From NCBI GenBank assembly GCA_030141605.1, contig JAQGDQ010000002.1:1488001-1552000 (forward strand): 64,000 nucleotides of DNA, read 5' to 3'. Both the position numbers and the translations under genes were made by a program. Source of the DNA: Tubiluchus corallicola. Its lineage: Eukaryota > Animalia > Priapulida. The notes below the pieces were generated by a model. That model was not told where the DNA came from. It ran no database searches and worked only from the letters and a program-made list of their open reading frames with translations. This document shows, in pieces, positions 59,201-64,000 of this stretch (positions are counted from its first letter, which is position 1; every line of letters begins with the position of its first letter).

Positions 59201-62200
59201 AGAGACTTGCCTTTATTGTCACTCCCCTCCTCGTCAAATTTTCTTTGAAAACATTTTGGCAGCCTGGTATTTTGCTAATATTTTGACAGACCTCACCTTG
59301 CCTTGATGCACAAGCAATGATTTATAGTCTGATCCCATGACAGCGTGGAATGCTGGCAGTGCAGAATAACAAAGATCTAGTCTGAGCTCTTTACATATTG
59401 CTGTCATACAAATATATCTACCGTTATTTTTTTTTCAGCAGTTCCAACGTCCATTGCTGGCTGAAATTTATTCCAGTGAATATAACTGCAATATCAGTCT
59501 CACGAAGCTGCCAACCTGACAGCCAGCAAAAAAGGTAAACAGACAGATCTGTGTATCTGCTTCTTCATTGTTGTTGTGCAGGATTTCAACTGCATCATGA
59601 CAGATCACATTGTTTTCCGTCCTTGAAACACTAGCGTACACAGTTAAAACAACATGTTGATGACCAAAAATTTTCACATAGAAGAGATCCTGCCACTCAC
59701 TGGCGAGAAACTGTGGAAGCTGTTTCTTGGATGATCTAGATTTCAGGGCCTATTTGGGATTTCTTGGCATGCATCGTTGCTCTGATCCAATTATTACAAA
59801 TACTCTATTTTCAGCTCCCCACGGATCCCGCACAGTATCTTTCATTGATAGTTGCAGGTAGTCATGAAAACAATATGAACAGGTTTGGTCACTGTTCTAA
59901 GGCTTTAATAAGGAGACTTTTGTTAATTATCCACATGTTAAAAGTGGTAAGATGTGCAGGAAGAGCTGTCATTCTATGAGTTAAGGCTAAGCAATGACTT
60001 CATATGACCTTTTATTGTATGTCACGTTGTTTTCAAGGAAACTAAGGAATGAGCTCTTGTCTAAGGAGTGAACTTTTGTCATCAATTTGATTGGGTTGGC
60101 CATTACAAATGATGTTGGTGTCAGTGGGCACTAAGTATGTGCTTTCTGTTAAGTAGTCTTTTGGTGGCAAAAACAAGGATTGAGCCCACCAGATTACGTG
60201 TCCTTTTAGGTAGCAGTTAAGAGATTTTTGGTTTTGTTGTTGGTAGCACAACCTCCTTCGAATGATTAATGGGTATTCTTCACAAGATTCAACGAACTCC
60301 TTGTTGCTGGCTTTTTCTTTGGTGGGTACACGGTACACCTAAGTGATTACTTCGATAGAACCTTTTCCCGTGCTGATGTTGCACAGTACCACTATTTGTT
60401 GATATCAAATGGAATGTTTGCGTCACGTTTTTTGACGAGCTTTAATAGGCCTTCATTCTCTTTCTACATTCATTTTGATCTGAGTGCTGCTGTTTGTTGG
60501 TATCAAAAGGAATGCTTGTGTCACAGGTTTGTTTGATGGGCTTCTATAGATCTTCATTCTCTCACTACATTCATTTTGATTTGAGTTCTGCTGTGACATT
60601 TTTTTTGTGATTAACCTTGTCATCTTTTGTAGGAGAGTGATAAAAGGTACTCATGTGGCATTAATTTGGCTAAAAAGTAAAAACTACAATAAAAAATTTA
60701 ATCATCACAACAAAACATACCTTTTTTTGAAAAAGCCACCCGACTTCTTGTTTTTTTTGAGTATCTCTGCTATAAGGTGATTAGTTCATTATGACTTGCC
60801 CATGGAGCATGGATTGGATACATTAAACTTTGTTGATGTACTATAGGTCAAATATGCTTCTAATATAGAAAAATAGCTGCCCCTTTAGGTCATTCACTTC
60901 TTAAATAAGTTTTGCACCAAATTGATTATTTCAGAACAACACTATGATCTGGAGAACATTTCACAAAGTTTCAATGATGTACTGAAAGGGTGAATTAAAT
61001 TGATTTTGGGATGTACTTTTACGGTACTTTTACTTTACTTTATTAAGCTCTAAAGAACACTTTTACAAGGTTTTATTATGTACTCACAAGTTGATTTTGT
61101 AGGTACCGCACTGTTAGGAGTCCCCGTGTCTACTATATCAATTTAAAAACTTAAGTGTGGTCGTCAGCAAGTGATCTGTATAGTTAAATTCATTATTTAT
61201 GAACACTGACCATTATTTAGTAAGGTGGCAAAAACATTTTCACAAAGTTTCATCGATGCACTCAAAATGCTGTTCAAGTTAAGTTGGGAGTACCATTAGG
61301 GGCACTCACTTTCTAGGACACCAACTTGAAAACTTAACAGTAACCAATAAATGATCTCCAATCAATGAATTTTAGCATTCAAACTTTTTGTGTGCGAAAA
61401 GTAATTCAAGATTAACTGTCCAGTATAGCTTGTACAAAATAAACTGTAATTGTAAAAAAGCTATAGTTAAGCTCTATAAATCATAGCTGCAATGCAATTC
61501 TGAATGAATTTAGAGTCATATCAAACTTTATGCAATAAGGTAGTGTAGCATATGCTTCTTATTCACAAGACACCCTAAATCATTCATAAATTTGAAAAGA
61601 ACTTCCCAAACCTCATCTGAGATGCAATCCTACTATGCACTGTTAATTATTTACTTAAATTTCTTCTTAATGACTCGGTCAGGCCAACTGACATGGTATG
61701 TCGCCTTGAATCAACCACATGCAAAATATGTCCATTGGATTACAACTTGGAGACCGAACCTTTCGAATGAAATTGAAGGCAATTTTCCAGTTTTACTGAC
61801 AGTGCAAATTTGAGAAAACTGGAATGTAAAAACATTCAAGAGTTATCAAACTGTCAGGCTATCTGATAGCCGGAATGTGCATAATGGCATCCTATCGTTA
61901 AGAATAGTTTTAAATAGTTTTTAAGTTTTAATTAAGTTATAAAAATAGATTTTCAAAACTCACAGCACCAAAAGACAACATCCAGCTGCTAAATGCTAAT
62001 GTTTACAAACCACAATAATTTGAGATTTGAATCGCTAAAGCTGTTTACTTCTAAACTTCGAATTAAGCGAGGCTTTTTATTGGTCACTGACAGATACATA
62101 AAGAAAAATACAAAATTATTTGTATTCAAAATCTAGTCACCTCTGTCATAATCACCAGTCTGCAGCGGTCGTAAACAGAGATTCTCTCCAGGATAAGAAG

Positions 62201-63513
62201 GTGAAATTTTTGGACTATAAGTTGCATATGTCGTGCTGAAATCAACTCTTTTTAGCAGATCATGATCAAACAAAACTTTATCTTTGAGTCCAATCTGAAA
62301 ATTCAAAAAAATTGTTAAATGAACAAAAAAAGTTCTAAAAAATGAGTTTTTATGAATAAAATGTATTGTTCATTGTTGATCATATTTTCAAAATGTTGCT
62401 GAATACAACTTTTTTACATTATTGATAATGTAACAAAACCAAAACTCTAATAATTCCATATGATTTTTTAAAAGGTGGTGCATAGTTAATTGACATAAGA
62501 CTTTTATAAGTTGTAGGATCTAATTCAAGAAGCTTCTTGCTCCCTTTATAAGTACATGATCTGAGTTTCAGACTCCCTATCCTACTTTTCCTAAAGCATT
62601 TCAAAAATTGAAAAGTGCTTTACATCATTTCACCTTAGGATCTTAGAAGCTTAGAATAGCAAGATACAGGAATATAGTTAAAATTAGAAACTATGTCCAA
62701 CATGAAATATGAAACTATTTCCAGTAATAGAAGCGACAAAGCTACAACTGCTGGAAGATGGCAAAGGCCATTGTTTAACCTATTGTTTACTACAGTTTGA
62801 GACAAACCAAAATAGAAGGGAATGACAAGACGTGTGACAATTGGGTTGACTAAAGGTTATTGTCACAGATTTACAGGTGGCAAGTCAGAAATGCAAAATG
62901 TGATGAAAGTACAATGTACAAAGTTCTAGTAGCAATATTAACTGATACTAAAAGAAGATGTAAATTTGAACATGTTTTGCTTTTGGCTGCATACATGTAA
63001 TACAGTGCTTACTTAAAACTTTTCTGTGATGTGTTAGCATCATAGTACAGCAAAACATAGTACTAGCCTTTCAATGAAAGGATTGAAAGGAAGCAGTTTC
63101 TGAACTACATTAGCAAATGAGAACCCAATTAGAAATGATAAAAAGGACTGTATGCACAAAAATGCCAGCAATTTTAATTTATACAGCTAACATGTGGAAT
63201 TTCATTGCATACGTGTGCATTATTTTCAGCAGCAGCCATAGCTATCCTGTATCTATCCTGTTGGGTGCAATATACAAGACAGTAGGTGCTAAACATCTAG
63301 GCATGCACTTTATACTTTTTAAAAGTTTTTTTACTTTTTGGTAGTGAAATTTTGAACCAGCACCATAAATTCTGAATTACATAACACAATAACAAGTTAC
63401 CAACTGGTAGCATCTTTCTGCTAATGGATTACTATCCATGTATGAGTATTAACCGTTAATAACGCCTAATTAGTCTCACTTACTTCAAATTTTTCATGTC
63501 CGTTAGAATTCAT
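50206..63513 (-). CDS. GNPNAT1: Glucosamine-6-phosphate N-acetyltransferase (GNA1), 196 aa
   Basis: Exons 63513-63484 ([10 protein letters not shown]), 62294-62141 ([33 protein letters not shown]), 58156-58094 ([13 protein letters not shown]), 55685-55555 ([27 protein letters not shown]), 51804-51743 ([20 protein letters not shown]), 50356-50206 ([26 protein letters not shown]). Total 591 nt, all phases match. Confidence 0.95.
50591..51174 (+). pseudogene. Class A GPCR pseudogene fragment 1 (in last intron of GNPNAT1)
   Basis: TM3-like [17 protein letters not shown]5-like [22 protein letters not shown]7-like [24 protein letters not shown]; stop codons, and TM6 apparently deleted. Confidence 0.75.
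51922..52210 (+). pseudogene. Class A GPCR pseudogene fragment 2 (paralog of fragment 1)
   Basis: 51922-52036 aligns with 50907-51021 (ATGGGAGAATTT..CTCTCACAG.AGGAAAACAAA..ATGTAAAAGCTAA), followed by TM6-like [31 protein letters not shown]. Confidence 0.6.
52675..54096 (+). CDS. Golgi carbohydrate (Gal/GlcNAc 6-O) sulfotransferase, CHST1/3/5-like, 373 aa, nested antisense in a GNPNAT1 intron
   Basis: Exons 52675-52840 (type II signal anchor [17 protein letters not shown]) and 53141-54096. 5'-PSB motif [23 protein letters not shown], 3'-PB motif [30 protein letters not shown]. No stops. Confidence 0.9.
54988..55100. repeat. (GAT/GAC)n low-complexity tract
   Basis: gacgatgatgatgatgacgacagtgacaat..gatgacgacgatg; accounts for the Asp-rich ORF at 54961. 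Confidence 0.7.
55742..57088 (+). mobile_element. hAT DNA transposon (Tip100/ZMYM-like), internally deleted derivative
   Basis: TIRs CAGTGGCGTCGTGCC / GGCACGACGCCCCTG (14 of 15 match); perfect 8-bp TSD TATACATA (55734-55741 and 57089-57096). Transposase N-terminus [31 protein letters not shown] is joined out of frame to the C-terminal tail [30 protein letters not shown]. Confidence 0.92.
58385..61420 (-). mobile_element. Decayed Academ(X)-like DNA transposon with XPG/FEN1-like nuclease remnant and long composite inverted repeats
   Basis: Minus-strand fragments [94 protein letters not shown]. The segment 58385-58585 is inverted relative to several copies at 60946-61420. Ends are approximate. 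Confidence 0.7.
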
Positions 63514-64000
63514 AACAAAACCAATGAAATGGTACCGTCCAGCTACCTAAATAAGCAAAGCATAGGGTAATGCATTAATAGATTTAAAGTTAACTTGAGT
63601 AAAGAAAAATTTAACAATAAATTTTCAAATAATTTTATTCACTACTGATTGAACTCACTTGCCTGGTATTGAAAAATGCTAAAATGAGACAAAAAATTAA
63701 TCAACATTATCACATCAATAACACCAAACCAGTCAAACACATGTATATATGTGCGCAAAGGTCAAATAATGGCCAAACAAAATGTTGTGCTTTGTCATGT
63801 CAGATTTATATTATGAAAAGTCATAACAAAATATAATAGCAACTAAACAGGAGCACATACCAATGTAGCTAATTTATTTGAATTTAAAGGTAACAATTAC
63901 TAGTTAGCACTTGTTTGAAAATGCGGAAAAGTGTCTTCAAGGCAATGACCATTTGTCTTACATTAAATGCACTTCCTATGTTTAGCTATTTAAAAGATAT

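Overview
AT-rich, intron-rich animal (non-vertebrate-looking) nuclear DNA, not prokaryotic. Most short ORFs in the track are exon fragments or noise. Reading splice sites by hand gives seven genes. (1) The 3' part of a beta-heavy spectrin (karst/SPTBN5-like, +, 326-15520) with a long post-PH tail. (2) EHD1/Past1 (-, 4 exons). (3) An intronless orphan class-A GPCR (+). (4) CHP1 (-, 7 coding exons). (5) NDUFAF1/CIA30 (+, 3 coding exons). (6) GNPNAT1 (-, 6 coding exons over 13 kb). (7) An intact CHST-type carbohydrate sulfotransferase nested antisense in a GNPNAT1 intron. Other GNPNAT1 introns hold two GPCR pseudogene fragments, an internally deleted hAT transposon with a perfect 8-bp TSD, and a decayed Academ(X)-like element with an XPG-like nuclease remnant. 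Introns and UTRs elsewhere carry LINE 3' ends, MITEs/foldbacks, tRNA-like segments and tandem repeats. I cannot demonstrate a wholly new system. The best leads are AP-2-binding-like DPF/DPW/WxxF motifs in the spectrin tail (with a duplicated, stop-containing copy of that exon), the nested GNPNAT1/sulfotransferase architecture, and a 480-bp foldback with tRNA-like arms in the probable CHP1 3'UTR. All family assignments come from motif recall, not from database searches.
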